DNA of 63,881 nucleotides, filler included, from Reclinomonas americana ATCC 50394 (GCA_048213135.1; 3 parts of 2 records of this genome joined end to end with filler, not necessarily neighbours in it); one strand, 5' to 3'; numbered from the whole stretch's first letter, positions 37,680 to 54,009 are shown. The notes: generated from the sequence alone by a model not told the origin. Made by a program: numbers and translations.

Positions 37680-38214
37680 GAGGCACGAGTGGAGAGATTA
37701 CAAACGAGATGCAACACGGAGATCACGTCTGAATCAGGCTGATGATAAACACAGAAGAGAAGACAAAGAAAAGAGAGGAGAAGAAGTGAGAAGAAACGGA
37801 GAGAAGCACAAGTGAACGGAATGCAGAAGACATGCATGAAACTAAGTGTGCATCGGATGTGATAATAATAGTCGATGTGCGTGGTCCGGCTGCTTATGGA
37901 GGAAGAAGAGGACAGGAGAGGGGAGAGAGAGGGAAAGAGAGGAGAAAGAAAGAGAGAAGCACAAGTGGAGGGAATGCAAAAGACATTCAACAAGCGTGCA
38001 TTGCATGTAGTAATGGGCGACATGCTGAATCAACCTGGCCATAGAGAGAGGATAGGAGAGCAAAAGAGAGGATGTGAGCAAGGAGGAGAAGAGAGAGAAA
38101 AGGAGATGAAAAAGAAGAGAAAGACAGAAATGAGAGAGAAGCACAAGCGGAGAGTGCAGAAGACATTAAACAAGTGTGCATTGCATGTGATAGACATGCT
38201 GAATCAAGCTGGCG
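37680..38214. repeat. Four diverged about 60-90 bp units separated by GA-rich spacers
   Basis: GAAGCACAAGYGGAG..TGCARAAGACAT..CAAGYGTGCATTGCATGT..GACATGCTGAATCAA.CTGGC at about 37956 and 38138, more diverged copies at about 37803 and 37680. Confidence 0.7.
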
Positions 38215-38528
38215 ACAGAGAGAGAGAGAGAGAGAGCAAGAGAGAGAGAGAGCAAGAGAGGATGTAAGTAAGGAAGAGAGAGAGAGAGAGGAGGAGAGGC
38301 GAGAAGAGAAGAAAGAGAGAGAGAGAGAGAAGAAAGAACACATCACACGACAACTCCCTGCGCGCACACACGCACACACACACATGCACACACACACACA
38401 CTACTTACCTCCTANNNNNNNNNNNNNNNNNNNNNNNNNNNNNNNNNNNNNNNNNNNNNNNNNNNNNNNNNNNNNNNNNNNNNNNNNNNNNNNNNNNNNN
38501 NNNNNNNNNNNNNNNNNNNNNNNNNNNN

Positions 38529-40178
38529 CTTGCCCTCCTTCCTCCTCTTCCGCCAACAACGCCTTCTCCTTTGACGAACTGCTGAGTGCAGAGGCCCTAT
38601 GCACGCGCTTATCTCACGAGGCAGGCGATCCTTCTCTCTCCACACTCATCACTCAAGTGAGTGGAGGCGGAGGTCTCCCGGAAGAGTACCTGCGACGATC
38701 GAGTCAGCTGATGGTGCCAGTGTCGCCAAGTGACTTGTCTGCGGTGCATGCGGATGATGTTGACAGTGATGAGACAATGATGGAAGAGGATGAACTGTTG
38801 GTGCTGGGCCATGGACGGAGGAGGAGAGGTAGTAGTAGTAGTGCGGCACTGGTGCAGAGTCCGTTGGTGTCGCGGCGCTTGGAGGTGATGCTGGGGAGTG
38901 GGACGCCGTTGCATAGGAATATGAGTTTTCATATGGAGGTGCCGTCGCCGAGGGCGTTGGGTGAGTCGTCGCAGTGGGAGGATGAGGATGAGGGAGAAGG
39001 AGGGGTCTGCTTGTTTGGTCGTCTCTCTGTTTTCACGGTGCTGTTGTTTTTCTCCTCCTTCTCCTCCTGCTTCGTGAGCTTGCTTTTCTCTTCTTCTTCT
39101 TCTTCTTCTTCTACTTCTTCACTCTTGTACTAATGTACCCCTTGTTTTCCTTGTTAATGAGTTGTTTTTGATCGTGTTCTTCTTCCTCTCTTTCCTCTCA
39201 TTGCTCGTCGTCTTCGTCTACTCTCTCTGTTCTGCTTACTCATGAGTTGTTCTTGATCTTGTTCTTCTTCTCCTCCCCTCTTTCATGTTGTCCAACTGCT
39301 ACTCCTCCTCATGCTCTTCCTTTGTTCTCCTTCCCGTTCTGCTTCTTACGCATGAGTTGTTCTTGATCTTGTTCTTCTTCTCCTTCCCCTCGTTCATGTT
39401 CTCCACCTGCTGCTTCTCCTGTTCTTCCTCCCCTTCCTTCTCCTTCTCTTATCCCTCCTCGTTCTTCTTCCTCTCCCTTCTCATGCACGACTTTCCCAAC
39501 TGTTCCCTTGTTTTCCTTGCTTATGTGCTGTTGATCTTGCTTTTCTCTTTCTTCCCCTCATCCCTTTTGTTCTCCTTCTCGTTCTTCTTCTCTCCTTCCT
39601 TGTTCTGCTTCCCGGACTTCATCGCCCTCGTCTTTCTGTTCTTGTTTCACTCCTTCTCCCCTCCTCTTCCTCCTCCTCTCTTCGTTGTCTTTCTTCCTCT
39701 TCGTGTTCGTTGTTCTTCTTCATCTCTTGCTCCTTCTCCCCTCCCCCTCCTTCTCCTTTGTCGCTTTGTTCTTCTTTCTCATCTTGCTATTTGTTAACTT
39801 TGCCTTGTTCTTCGTAGTCTTCTTGTGTCTGTTGGCTCGTTGTTCTACTTCTTATTGTTCTTCTCCTCCTGCTTGTTCCCTCACCACCCTCCCTCTTCCT
39901 CTGCCTACCCCCACTCAGACTTCGCCGACGAATCCATGGAAGAACTGCCGGGTGAGGAAGACGGCGACGCGCAGATGATGATGGAGCAGCAGCATGACGA
40001 CGACGACGACGACAGCCTCGAAATGTCACCCGACGAGATGACGGCCTCGCCGCACAGACGCGGCAGTGCCGGCAGCCGCCGTCCACCACAACCACCACCA
40101 CCGCAGCAGCAGCAGCAACAGCAGCCCTCGCGACCGCGCTACAATGTGCACAGCGAGCTCTTGTCGCAAGACTGGTGA
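38529..40178 (+). CDS. Hypothetical low-complexity protein, 3' part
   Basis: Exon to TTG G|GTGAGT (38961), about 950-nt pyrimidine-rich intron, last exon DFADESMEEL..HSELLSQDW*; 5' end in gap. Confidence 0.55.
39130..39545. repeat. Intronic degenerate pyrimidine-rich tandem repeat
   Basis: Recurrent ATGAGTTGTTYTTGATC.TGTTCTTCTTC units near 39158, 39242 and 39352. Confidence 0.6.
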
Positions 40179-40194
40179 TCGACTGCGATGATTT

Positions 40195-43053
<2,859 letters not shown>

Positions 43054-43142
43054 GCAAACACACACTACACATGTGACTCACGCGCAAACTGTCCCTCAAT
43101 CACTTCTCTCTCTCTCACGCGTGTGTGTGTGTGTGTGTGCGA

Positions 43143-46100
43143 ATGAGTGCAGCCGCGCCTCCTCCGCGCTCCTCTCGCTATGCGCCCACTGCGCCTGCAG
43201 CAGTGTATGGAGGAGGAGGAGGAGGAGGAGCGCCAGAGAGTGCGCGCTCTTCCTTTACTACTCCACATGGTGTGATGCTCACTGCGCGACCGTCGTCGCG
43301 AGGCTCTGTTGGATCGTCGGTGGTGGTCAGTTTAGAGAGAGAGAGAGTGTGTGTGTGAGTGTGTGTGAGAGAGAGATGTATGCATTGATGATTGATGATG
43401 ATTGTGATATCGCAACCGGACAGACGTGCCGCTCTTGCTCTCCTGCTCAACTCCCTGTGTCATCTTCTTCCTCTTCTTCTTCTTCTCATCCTCCTCTCCT
43501 CTGTCTTTGCCGCTGTTCTTGCCCTCCTTCTCAACACTCTGCGTTAGTCGTCTGTCGTCTTCTCCCTCTTCTCCTTCTTCCTCTCCTCTGTCTTTGCCGC
43601 TGTTCTTGTCCTCCTTCTCAACTCTCTGCGTTAGTCGTCTGTCGTCTTCTCCCTCTTCTCCTCTCTGTCTTTGTCTGTGTTCTTGGTCTCTGCAGCTCCT
43701 CTCCGTCCCAGTCTGTCTCTGGATCGCTCTCCTTCTCATTCTCCTTCCTTCTTCTTCTTCTTCTCTCTCTCTCTCTCTCTCCCTCTCTCCACTTTCTCCA
43801 TGCGATTTCGCTCTCAATCTCCCTCCCTTCTCCTCCTTCTCTCTATCTGCGCCTGTGCGTATGGCCTCTGCAGCTCCTGTGTTTGCTTCACACCATAGTC
43901 TGTCTCTGGTTTACGCTGTTTCTTCATCTCCTTCGTCCTTCTCTCTCTCCTCTGCCTTCTTTTCATTTCTTCTTCTGCTTCCTCTCTTCCTCTTTGTCCT
44001 CTTTTTTCTCCCTCCTCTCCTTGATCACTTACTCCCCCACCTTCTCCCTTCTCCTCCCTTCTCCTCCTCCTCCTCCCTCTCCATTCCCTCCTCTCTCACC
44101 AGGGCGAGGACGACACCGCACTGGCATTGCGACAAAAGCGCGCGGGCGGATGCTGCCGGCGCTGCTCACGGGCCTGCGTGCGTGACTGGCGGTACTTTAC
44201 ACTGCTCACCGGCAAGAACTGGCTGTACTATGTTTCGTGGTCGGCGGAGTCGTCTCGCATGGGAAGGACGCAACAAACTGACTGACTCGTTGATCGTGCA
44301 GAGGCGATCGCTGTGGTGGGTGGCGTTCCAGCTGCTGGTGCCGGCGCTGATCATGGCGACGCTTGGTTTCCTCGATCTGACGGCGCGCATTCCAGTGGCT
44401 GCTAAAGTCGGTGCGCTTGTGTGATTCCGTCAGTGCTCTTTTGTGACTGCGATTGACTCGTGCTTCACTGCACAGTGCGAAGTTTCCCGTCGGAGCCGAC
44501 GCCCCCGTTTCCGGCCTGTAAGGATCGCATGATTTGCATTGCCTATGCGCCATGGCAGAATCCGCTGTTGGCGCAGTCGATCGGCAAGGTGAAGCCCTGT
44601 TTCCACTCTCGTTCATTCTATTGTCAACCAAGCAGTTTGTCTTCCGTGCTCTATGCCACTATGCCCTCTCTTTTATCAGTAACTTGTGCAGGTGTTCACA
44701 AGCTCTGCACTTCTTCCACGCCCTGTCTCTCTTCCGTACTTCTCCTTCCTTTGTGCTCCTCCACATTGTAGTCAACCAGCTATTTCACTTCTCTGTTCCT
44801 TTTCTCATCTCCGTTGTGTCTGTTTGTAATTCCTCTCCCCTGTACCCTCCTCTCGTCCTCTCCTCTCTATTTCCTACTGTTCTGCTACCCCTTGCGTATC
44901 TTACCTTTCTCACAGACCTTCCTATCTCGCTTCCCCTTCCCTGTTCTCATCCTTCCACCTTCATCCAGATCGCACGGGAAGCCGGCATTGCAACCACGCA
45001 AGTGGTGGGTCTCGAAGACGAGTACCATTTGCGACAGTACATTGCCAACAATCCCGGCCGAGTGATGCTGGGTGCGTGTGTGTGAAAAGAGCTATTTTCT
45101 CTCTCTCTCTCTCTATGTCTCTCCTTTTCACCGTGGACATGCAGGCGTCCTCTTTCCATACTATCCGCTGCCTCCAGGCCCGGCACCACCACCACGACCC
45201 GTGCCACCTCCACCAAAGAACAACACCAACAGCACGAATAGCACCAGACACATCGAAGATGCGCGGCGGGAGGTCGACACTGTGGTGCCGGTGGAGACTC
45301 GTTCGATTGCACAGTTGCTGTCGCTACCGCCGCGCAACACCACTCGCACGGCCATCAAGTCGCCGTCAGCGAGACGAACAATGTCTGCGAGAATGCGTGC
45401 TTCTGATGTTCCGTGACTTGGCTGAACTTTCCCCGCTCTTATTACGCCGTCCAACAATCACCTTGTGCGTGCAGTCGTACTTGGCCAAGCAGCGGCGGTC
45501 GTCATCACGAGCGATTCCCGCTTACGAAGTGGAGTGGATGTTCGGGGGTGCCAGCAGAGAGGAATCGGAACACACTCCCACTTACGAGCCGTACTCGTTC
45601 GAGCGTTGCGTATGGCATGGATGGCCATGCCGATCTACTTGTTGTTCATTGTGTACCTGCAGTGCGCGCAACCAGTAACTCGACCAGCAACTCCACCAAT
45701 CCATGCATTGTCGGCAACACAACAATTGCCAACTGCACATACAGTCCACCGTCGCTGCCGAATCTGTGGACTCTGGACGGCGCCGAGGAGGGCATTCAGT
45801 ACACGCTGCTGTACAATTCCACATTTACAGCGTGTCCACTGAGGTGTGCTCTTCTCACTCCCGATTTCCATCTCTCTCTCTCACACACACACTCTCTCAC
45901 GCTCTCATAATATTGCGGCGCGCAGTTACTTTGTCAAGGATCCGGTCGCCGACACGCCGGCTTCACGATGCGACGACCCGTGGTCGCGACTCATCTTGCC
46001 CGCACAGGCGGCACTGAATCGTGAAATCTGTTGCGTCGAAAATGATACGAATGGCACGCCTGTCTCTGGTGCTCATACGCCTTCTTGAATAGTGCTACGA

Positions 46101-49100
46101 GGCCAATCCAAGCTCTCCATGTCTGCCATGATCAAACAGTTCCCCCGCGTGGAGCAGTCGCTTCTGAATGGTGAGCGGTCGAGTGAGAGGATGACTGTTC
46201 TGAGGAGACATCGCGAGTCAGGCGGTTTCTTTTCTCACTTTCCTTTTTTCCCTTCATTTCTCCCTTTTTCTCTCCTCGCCTTTTCCTTCTCCCTCCCCAT
46301 CAGTGATGGACGTATGCGGCGCATTTGCGGGCATGGTGGCGGCCGCCATCCCCGCCATTGCCTTCTTGCAAGGCGTGGTGATGGAGAAGGAGAAGGGCCT
46401 GAAAAAGTCACTACTGTTGTACGGCGCTGCGGTGCGTAATGCTGCTGAACTCGGTGTGTGGTGTACTCGCTCACATGACAACTGATTCCCACTTGATTCC
46501 GATTACAGGAGTACCTGCAGCTGCTGGTGTGGTGGATGTACGAAATGGTGCTTCTTCTCGGCATTCAGGCGGCCTATGTGGTTGTCGGTGCAGCCATGCA
46601 GATCCCGTTCTTCTTGAAGAACTCTCTCATTTTATACCTGGTGCCACAAGTGGTGCTCGGCACGGCGCTTCTGTCGCTGGCCATGCTGGTGCAAGTATGG
46701 CTGCGCTCACGCCGTCATTTGGGTGTGTTTGTGTTTGACAATCGCTGTATTTATTCTGTGGCTCACTGTTGCTGTATTCGCCCTGCAGGCCTCGTGCTCG
46801 GTCTTGGCATGCTTTTCGTATTCTCTTTCTCCGAGGCCATGTACTATACTGTTTACGACTCGACAGTCACTGAGGGTGAGGAATGTGTGTGTGTGCTCGT
46901 GCTTGCATGTGTGCGCAAGTTACTGTTTTCTGCGTGAGTAGAGAAATGGGAGAGAGAGAGAGAGAGAGTGCGATTGTGACATGTGCTCGTTCACGAGCCC
47001 ACCCTCTTTATCTCTCCCTCTGTTTCCCTCGTTATCTCTTTCCATGCCTCTCTCAGTGTCTCTCTCTTTCTCTTGTTCTCTCTGTTTCTCTCCTCCCTAA
47101 TCGCTCGCGTCTTCTTACATCTCAGACGTTTGTCGGCTCCTCTTCTCTTCTCTCTTTCTGCCCTCTCCTTATTCATCGTCTCTTCCGAATATCTACTTGT
47201 CTCTTTCGTTCTCCTTGTCTCTCTCTCTCTCATGCGCTCATTCTCCTTCTCCCTTGTCTCTCTTGCACTCCTTTCCTTAATCGCTCGCGTCTTTTTACTT
47301 CCTCAGATGTTTGCGTCGGTCCTCTTCTCTTCTCTCCTTCTCTGCTCTCCTTGTCTCTCTCTCTCCCGCTCATTCTCCTTCTCCCTGTGTCTCTCTCTTC
47401 TCTCGCTCTCTCATCTTCACTCCTCTCCTTAATCGCTCGTGATGTTTTCGTCAGTCCTCTGTCTTCTTCTACCCCTTCCCTTATTTCGGCTCCTCTCTTC
47501 CCCATTGTCCTCACCACCCTTTGCCTATTTCAGGATGGCGCCAGTTCTTCGGCCTGATCGCCACAGTTCCCTTTTGCAAAATCATCCACGACCTCGCACG
47601 CGCCACATCATTGTACTCGTCGCCGGGCGTGCCATTCGGCGCCCTGTCGTCGAACTCGCCTCTGTGGCCCATCTCGCAGTGCGTGCTCTACATGGTGATT
47701 GACATTTTTATCTATTCGGTGCTGGCCTGGTTCTGCATTCAGTGGAAGAAAGGTGCGACTACATTGCTCGCTGGATGATATGCAGAGTCGCGAAACTCAC
47801 CAATCTGTGCGTTTGCAGAGGGCCGCCACGTGTTCTTCTTGTTTACACGTGAGTTTTGGAGTGGCGTGTTCCGACCCAACAACCACCCACTGCACTCGCG
47901 AGCCATTCTGCCGCCTTCCACACTGGTACGTGCCTCCACGTGCATGTGGCAGTCTCTCCTTGATGTGCCACTCGCTCAATCTCGCCACCGCACAGTTCAA
48001 GGAAGACGCCGATGTGCGGTGGGAGGCCGAAGAGATTATGCAGTTTGGATACACTATGGGTGGCCGCAACGGTACGCCTCTCGTCTTCTCCCCAAGAGAA
48101 TACTATTTTGTTGCTCACCTCGCCGCCCCATCTCCGCAGCCATTGTGTGCCACAACATTGTGCATCGCTTCGACTACAGCACTGTGTGGGACTACTTGCG
48201 CGCCGTTGGTCGGCGTGTTGGTCGTGTTCTGCGTCGCTGCCTGCGATGCATCATCAACTTGCGACCCAAGTCACTGTACGTGCGCAAGGAGGACGAACTG
48301 GAATTGCGCGAGAAGCGCAAGCAGGAACGACAACGGAAACAGCGCGCAGCCGGCATCACTCACGATCCGACTGCCCGCTCGTTCCAGCAGCTGTCCAGTG
48401 CGAGGTACCTGCCGACTCGCCGGACAGCCAGTATATCGGCCGACGGCACACTGTCGGTCGGCGATCTCGACAACTATGCGCCAGAGACCATTGGCGAGAT
48501 CTCCGACATTGCGTCGACTGTCGTCGGTTGCGTTCTGCTGAATAGCCACCGTCTCTGGTTTGTCGAGCGGAGCTAACTATGTTCTGACGCAGGTGGCGGT
48601 GGCGCCGGGGCCGGTCCCGATGGTGTGGCTCGTGAGCGCACTGCGGTGCATGACAGCCGCTACCGATACCGACTGAAGGGCGTGTACCTACGCCTTCCGC
48701 ACGACACGACGTATGTGATTGTGGGGCCAAAGGGAGCTGGCAAGGTGTGTGTTGATTGACTTGAGGCAAGCATGTGGTTTCCCTGCCTAACTATCTCTCT
48801 CTCTCTCTCTCTCTCNNNNNNNNNNNNNNNNNNNNTCTCTCCTCTCTCTCTCTCCTCTCCTCTCCTCTCCTCTCCTCTCCTCTCCTCTCCCTCCTTCCTC
48901 TCCTTCCTCCTCCTCCTCCTCCTCCTCCTCCTCCTCCTCCCTCCTCCTCCCTCCCTCCCTCCCTCCCTCCCTCCCTCTCCCTCTCCCTCCCTCCCCCTCT
49001 CGCTTCTCTCAATCAGACACTGCTGGTGGAGAACATGACGGGTCTCGAGTATTTGTACCACGGTACGGTGCGCGTCAGCGACTACGACATGCGACAGGAG

Positions 49101-50409
49101 GTGCGGCAAGTGCGGTCGCGCATGTCGGTGGTGCCGCAGCAACTGCGACTGTGGGACGAGTACACCGTGGTCGAGCATCTCGAACTGTTTGCTTCGCTCC
49201 GCCAGCTGCAAACCGATCAACTGGCCATTGCATCGCGCGATGTCAGGAATGAGATTCGCTCCAGGCTTGAGGTACACGCGCGCCTTGATGAAGATATGTG
49301 TGCACGGCGCATACTCACGCATTTTATTTTTGCGGTGCAGGAATGGGGACTGACTGCGATCAGGAACCGCAAGGTTGGCCACCTGCTGGCGTCGACCAAG
49401 AAGAACATCCTGATGGCTGCTGGTCTGTTCCTCCTTGTCGCGCTTCAAGCTCTTTTTGTGTAATCACTTCAATGCCGTGCGTGCAGCTTTGCTGTTCTCA
49501 CCGAAGACGTTGGTGCTGGACGATCCAGTGCGTACTACCTTTTTCCTTCCGTGTTGTGGTGCGAATGAGCGTGCTCACACAGGATCCTGCAGGCGGAGGG
49601 CTTGAGCCGTGAGGACCGACTCATCATGTGGAGGAGGCTGATTCGTCTCAAGCACTACCACACCATGCTAATGTGCGTCACGCGCTGGCGGAGGCATCCC
49701 TCCTGTGTACATCCAACTCACTATCTCTCCGCGCAGCCTGACTTCGTCGATTGACGACGCACTTCACTTGGGAGACAATATCGGTAGGCTATGAAGCCCT
49801 TTCCCCCTCCCCCCCGCCGCAGCATCCACTCACCCCCTCCTCTTCATTCATCATCAGGGTTCCTCGCGCAAGGACGTCTGCGTGCATTTGGTGCCGAGTC
49901 GCAGCTGGCACAAAAGTTCAATCTCGGCCACATTATGACGGTGTTTGTGGACGGCACACAAGGCGATGTGGTGCGCTACATTCACGACCGCATTCCAGGT
50001 GTGTTCCACGTGCACATTCTCCTTGTCTTCCCGTGCATCGTTTCGCTGACCATCACTGGCAGGCGTTCGCATGAACAACGATTCGCCGGAGACGGTGCGC
50101 TTCAAGGTACCGCGCGGTCTCACACAACAACTGCCGGGCCTCATGGCCGACATGCAATCCCGAGCACGTGAGCTGGCCATTGTCGACACGTCGCTTCACA
50201 TGGAGACCCTGTTTGAGGTGCAGATGCGCGCACGCGTGCAGCGTACATCTCCAAAACACTCACTCCACCCCACCACCGCCGCTCAGATCTACTCCAAGAT
50301 ATGCAAGCGTGCCGACGAAGAAATGCTGCTGGATCAGCGCGCTGCCGGCATTGACCCACTGGAGGAGCAAGACAGGCTCGAGAAAGACGCCGACGACAAT
50401 GCCACATGA
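43143..50409 (+). CDS. Half-size ABCA-family transporter with degenerate nucleotide-binding domain
   Basis: N-terminal TM (FQLLVPALIMATLGFL), large ectodomain (IQYTLLYNST), VVMEKEKGLKK, five further TMs, Walker A GPKGAGKT, Q-loop VVPQ, TVVEHLELF, SLHMETLFE; TGA at 50407-50409. Confidence 0.88.
43493..43662. repeat. Near-perfect about 87-bp direct duplication in ABCA intron 1
   Basis: CCTCTCCTCTGTCTTTGCCGCTGTTCTTG..GCGTTAGTCGTCTGTCGTCTTCTCCCTCTTCTCCT occurs twice with about 2 differences. Confidence 0.85.
47095..47460. repeat. Three degenerate CT-rich tandem units in an ABCA intron
   Basis: TAATCGCTCG(C)GT at about 47098, 47278 and 47430; the first two are followed by CTCAGAYGTTTG..TCGG. Confidence 0.65.
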
Positions 50410-50459
50410 TTGTTATAAAAAGAAATGAGCAAATAATTGTTGATTTTTCCTTCGTCTGC

Positions 50460-52955
50460 TTACTTGGCCGCCGCCGTCTTCTTGCCGCCTCTGGCTCTCG
50501 GCGCAGCCTTGCCACCTCGCTTGCCCAGCTTGCCCTTGGGGACCGGCATCGCACCATCCTCGTCCTCGCCATCTTCGTCGTCACCCAAATCCGCCGCCTC
50601 CGCCACCTCGGTCTCCTCGTCCTCCATCAGGCCGAACTTGACTTTCGAGGACATGGCCGATTTCCGCTGCAGGTGCACACATGTGAGACTGAGACAGCAG
50701 CGGCAGCAAGGGAGGGAGAAGTGAAGTGGCACGAAACGACAACAGACTCCTTCTTGTGATCCTTGTTGAATCTGACCCGAAAATAAGCAAAGGAGTCAAC
50801 TGTGCGCCTAAGACACCCACTCACACACACCTTCGAGTGAACTGCGACTTGACTTGCGTGGCGATTCGGTCGGGCAGGAAGCGCTCCTTTGGATCGCTGC
50901 TCAGCTGCTCCAATTCGTGGATCGCATCAAAGTCGTCCTTACTCAAGCCCATGCTGTCCAGCCGCTGAATGGCGTCGGTGATGAGAGCGTCACGCGCAGC
51001 ACCCTCCAGAGCCGAGGCTGCCGAGAATGCTCTGTCAGCACGGCGGCCTTTGGTGACACAAGAGAGAGAAGGCGACACAAACCGTCGATCAGCGGCTGCG
51101 TGAGCCAGGTACGGAAGAACGGGAGAGTCAGCGTGACCATGTCAAACTCGGAGCCCGGATTGATGCCGGCCACACTCATGCCGCCCATGATGCACTGCAG
51201 CTGTCGCTTGCGCTTGTTGAACGACGACAGCTTGCCGAGTGCTCTGTTGTTGTTCAGTGAATAAACAAAAAACAAACGCGTGCGGCAGCAGTGGAGAACG
51301 AAACTGTGGGAAAGTGACGCCATAGCGATCCGAGTCACGCAGTGGCTCCCACCGACCACGCATGGTGGCGCCGGGGTACACGCACGAGAGGATGCCCATG
51401 GTCGGCAGCAAATCCCACGACTGCGCGCCACGGACCAGCGAGTTGCACACGTCGCCAAGTGAAATGGAGTCGGCGGCACGAGCCAGTGCCTCCAGACGAC
51501 CCAGCTCCGTGTTGCTGCGATTCTCGCCAAAGGCACCGGCAGCGGCATCAAAGTTGCAATAGTTTTCCTGTTGGAGACACACGTCAGCACGTCGTCGCCC
51601 GACGTTGCAAGGGAGGGAGTCACGGATCGCGCACCGCCAAGAAGAGAGGCATAAAGCTGTAGTCCTCGAAAAAATCGTTCAGTCGCTTGCCCAGTGGATC
51701 ACGGCCGTACTCGCTCTTCAGGAAGCGCTCCGCCAGTGAGAATCCACTCAAATCCGTGTTCTTGAACACCTCGACTTGCGTTCTGTGGGCACGAATGGGA
51801 GTGAGCGAACTGCAAGTACAGAGAAAGCAGTGGTGCGTTTGCAACTTTTGCTTCATGTCGTCATAGTCGAGCCGAGTCCTGTTGCGCGTCATCATCTGCA
51901 AGTTGTTTATGATGGAGCGAATGTCATTGTGCTGCGATTCGATCAGCATCTCCACCGCCGGCATTTGGATTTGCACGCCCTTGGCGCGCAGCTTGTCAAT
52001 GAGCCACGTCGACAGCGCCTGCTTTGATGGTCTGCACGAAAGATAACGAGGTGAGTGATGTGAGAGTGGTGTGTGTGTGCCTTCTCCTTCGTCGGACTCA
52101 ACTTGGTCACTCGCATGTCGACACAGTACGGAATCAGTGACTTGAGTTTCGGGTGGTACCGATCGTTGCAGATGCAGATCACAGGCACCTGGAGCGATGC
52201 AAGTCAGCATTCCACACAAACGAGAGACATCTACACAAGTCTTTCTCTTGCACCTTGGCCTTCTTGATCATGTCGATGAGTTGACCGACGCCGCCGCGAT
52301 CACCAGAGCCCGACATGCCATCGATTTCGTCCATGATGAGCGCCAGTCGCTTGTGGTTGGTCGACGTGCCGTGAATGGAGCGATTGGTGACTACGTCGAC
52401 CACGGAGCGCTCCATGATGCTCTTGCTGCGCGCATCCGAGGCGTTGAACTCGACCACCTCAAAGCCGAGTTCTTTGCTCACCACGTGCGCCAGAGTTGTC
52501 TTGCCTGCGTGCGAAAACCACAAAACGTGAGCAGAAGAGGTGGGGATGCACGTTGTAGGGAAGCGCGATCTCACCAATGCCCGGACCACCCGACAGCAGC
52601 ACAGCATTCTTGCGACACAATTCGTCAATCAGCTTGTCCTTGTCCTTGGCGTGCGACGCCTGATTCAGCTGGTGGATGGCGTGATCGAGGGCGCCCTTGT
52701 CGTCGGTGAAATGCAGCAGGAACACTTTCAACTGCTTGGCCAGCATGGCATGCCCGACAATGTCGCCCGACGAGCGCGGCGCCCACTCGTCGACCCACAG
52801 GCCCGAGTTCGCATCGCGAACAGCCGACGACGACAGCGAGGACGAGCCAGCACGCACACCAGATCCCGACGCCGACGACACGTACGTGGACGACAGGGAC
52901 GATACCGGTGGAGACGACGAGTACGAGCCCGAGGAGAACGACGACGACGATGCAG
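50460..52955 (-). CDS. RFC1: Replication factor C large subunit, 5'-partial
   Basis: LWVDEWAP, LLSGGPGIGKTT, VEFNASDARSK, LIMDEIDGMSGSGDRGG, PVICICND, ENY, AADSISLGD, FPQ|ALGKLS, VKSQFTRRFNK. Confidence 0.95.
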
Positions 52956-53055
52956 NNNNNNNNNNNNNNNNNNNNNNNNNNNNNNNNNNNNNNNNNNNNT
53001 TAATTAATTAANNNNNNNNNNNNNNNNNNNNNNNNNNNNNNNNNNNNNNNNNNNN
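52956..53055. other. Artificial scaffold-joining spacer
   Basis: N44-TTAATTAATTAA(53000-53011)-N44. Confidence 0.97.
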
Positions 53056-53890
53056 CCCTTCGGCTCGATGCGTAATGAGTATCCCTCCGCCGCAAAGTCA
53101 TACTCGGTGGCCGCCGTCGCATGCTCCGGCAAGTGATACGAAACCACCGCCTGCGGCTTCTTCGACGACACAATCACCGCCGCCAGCGGCGCCACCTTGC
53201 CAAACAACATGCGCAGAATCGCCTCTGTCATCGACGTACTCTTCTTCCACTTGACGGCCAGATCGCACGTGTACGCATCCTGCTCCGTTTTTTGCCGCTT
53301 CAACATTTGCCTGGCCACCTCCTCCGCCGCCTGCTCCGACTCCATCTGCAACCGTCTCTTGTGCATCTCCATGCGCATAATCTCCTCCCGCGCCTCCCGT
53401 CCCAGCCCGGCCTCGCGCTTCTGTCGCTCCACCTGCGCCTGCGCCGCCTCCTGCTCGCGCTGCTGCAGGCGCTCCAGCATCTTCCGCCGATCGCCATCCT
53501 GCTGCGCAAACTTCTCCGCAATGCGTCGCTTCGCCTCGCGTCGCCGATCGTACTCGGCACGCTTCACATCGTCCTCGAGGAACTCCAGCACCTTGCGCAG
53601 CTGATCGAACTTGTCGGCGGCCTTGGGATCCGGATTGCGATCAGGGTGCCATTTCAGTGAGACCTACAAAGAGAGAAAGAGAACGAGAGAGAGAGAGAGA
53701 GAGTGAGTGATAACAGGCAAGGGTGCGTTGCATGCACATGTGTGTGTGTGTGTGCGTGAAAGAGAGAGAGGGAGGAGAGTTGATCATTGACCTTTCTGTA
53801 TGCGCGAGACAACTCGTTCTTGGTGGCTCCTGGCTCGCACTCCAGGATGGCGTACAGGTCCATGGCCAGCAGCTCGTCATCGGTGGTCAT
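53056..53890 (-). CDS. DNAJC17: DNAJC17/Cwc23-like J-domain + RRM protein, 3'-partial
   Basis: DLYAILE..AYRK|VSLKWHPDRNPD..KRAEYD, coiled coil, then LAVKW..LFGK..AVVSY (RRM-like). Confidence 0.85.
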
Positions 53891-54009
53891 TCGCGTTGTG
53901 TGTGTGTGTGTGCGCGCGTCAAGCAGGAGAGATTGTTATTGTCCGCGTGAAAATTCGAGGCTGCTTACCGTTGCGCTTTAATTCACTCATTGTTGGAGCA
54001 ATCACGTGC

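Noticed and set aside
37680-38214. CRISPR-like array
   Set aside because: Units are long and diverged, spacers are low-complexity, there are no cas genes, and the context is eukaryotic.
45393-45474. Possible AT-AG intron (AGA|ATGCGT)
   Set aside because: An in-phase GT donor (GAT|GTTCCGT at 45408) gives a normal 67-nt intron.
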